Below, piece by piece: positions 63,592-64,000 of a DNA stretch of 64,000 nucleotides (within the stretch, counting starts at the first letter, position 1; the number at the start of each line of letters is the position of its first letter). Both the position numbers and the translations under genes were made by a program. Origin of the DNA: a phage; sequence record OZ346167.1. One strand, given 5' to 3'. The notes below the pieces were generated by a model. It was not told the DNA's origin, made no database searches, and saw nothing but the letters and a program-made list of their open reading frames with translations.

Positions 63592-63651
63592 GCCCTGCTA
63601 TAAGTATTCTTCCTTTCGCTACCGAAGAGTATTTTTAGACAGGGCTTTTTT
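63592..63651 (+). terminator. Rho-independent terminator after the tRNA array
   Basis: GCCCTG..CAGGGC + TTTTTTTT. Confidence 0.6.
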
Positions 63652-63717
63652 TTACAGAGTTATACTTTATAGGAAGACTTATACAGTATGTCTCTGACGT
63701 ACATTGTGGTTTCTCCT

Positions 63718-63746
63718 TGACGGTCTCTGTGCCGTCTTTTTTAAGG
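63718..63746 (+). terminator. Rho-independent terminator
   Basis: GACGGTCTCTGTGCCGTC + TTTTTT. Confidence 0.55.
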
Positions 63747-63778
63747 GGAAACATGGTTAATTATTTGGAGAAAACATA

Positions 63779-63979
63779 ATGAGTGAGACCGTTTACAAAG
63801 AACTTTATGAAGCTAATAAAAAGCTAGAATTTATGCAGAACACTATCATGGCAATTGCAGATAGATTATCTGTAGCAACAGGTATTGATATTAAAGAAGC
63901 ATCTATGGATGCACTTCTTGATGCTGTTGATGAAAAGTTCGAAGTTAAAAAAGAAGAGACTGCTACAGACTCTGAATAA
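63779..63979 (+). CDS. Hypothetical small acidic protein
   Basis: 66-aa ORF with RBS-like GGAGAAAACATAATG. Confidence 0.5.
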   Translation: MSETVYKELYEANKKLEFMQNTIMAIADRLSVATGIDIKEASMDALLDAVDEKFEVKKEETATDSE

Positions 63980-64000
63980 TTCTATTTGCGGAGGCGCTTA

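Noticed and set aside
63200-63697. ORFs 63200..63475 (minus) and 63443..63697 (plus)
   Set aside because: They overlap tRNA-Ser, tRNA-Cys and the terminator hairpins; no RBS; one is antisense to the 62646..63380 gene.

Overview
This window reads as part of a virulent, AT-rich tailed dsDNA phage genome with no integrase; all calls below come from manual reading of the sequence and the supplied ORF track, with no searches or folding tools run. It holds a T4-like nucleotide-metabolism set (thymidylate synthase, DHFR, dNMP kinase, NrdAB, glutaredoxin, NrdDG) beside a T7-like replication set (family-A DNA polymerase, gp4-like primase-helicase, gp2.5-like SSB, 5'-3' exonuclease, ATP-dependent ligase). 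Group I introns interrupt the DNA polymerase and nrdD genes, and at least seven homing-endonuclease genes are present. A Prs-like plus NAMPT-like gene pair resembles the published phage NAD+ reconstitution pathway NARP1, with a macro-domain protein nearby. Other landmarks are a cassette of 15 small early genes behind reiterated promoter/hairpin/leader elements (40.4-46.7 kb), a 1.7 kb ORF-free repeat region with 204-bp inverted-repeat arms (46.7-48.4 kb), a minus-strand block with a GH24 endolysin and Ig-like-repeat proteins, and an array of about 26 tRNA genes (57.4-63.6 kb) containing three HNH genes and structured spacers. tRNA coordinates and anticodons are hand-folded and may be off by a few bases.
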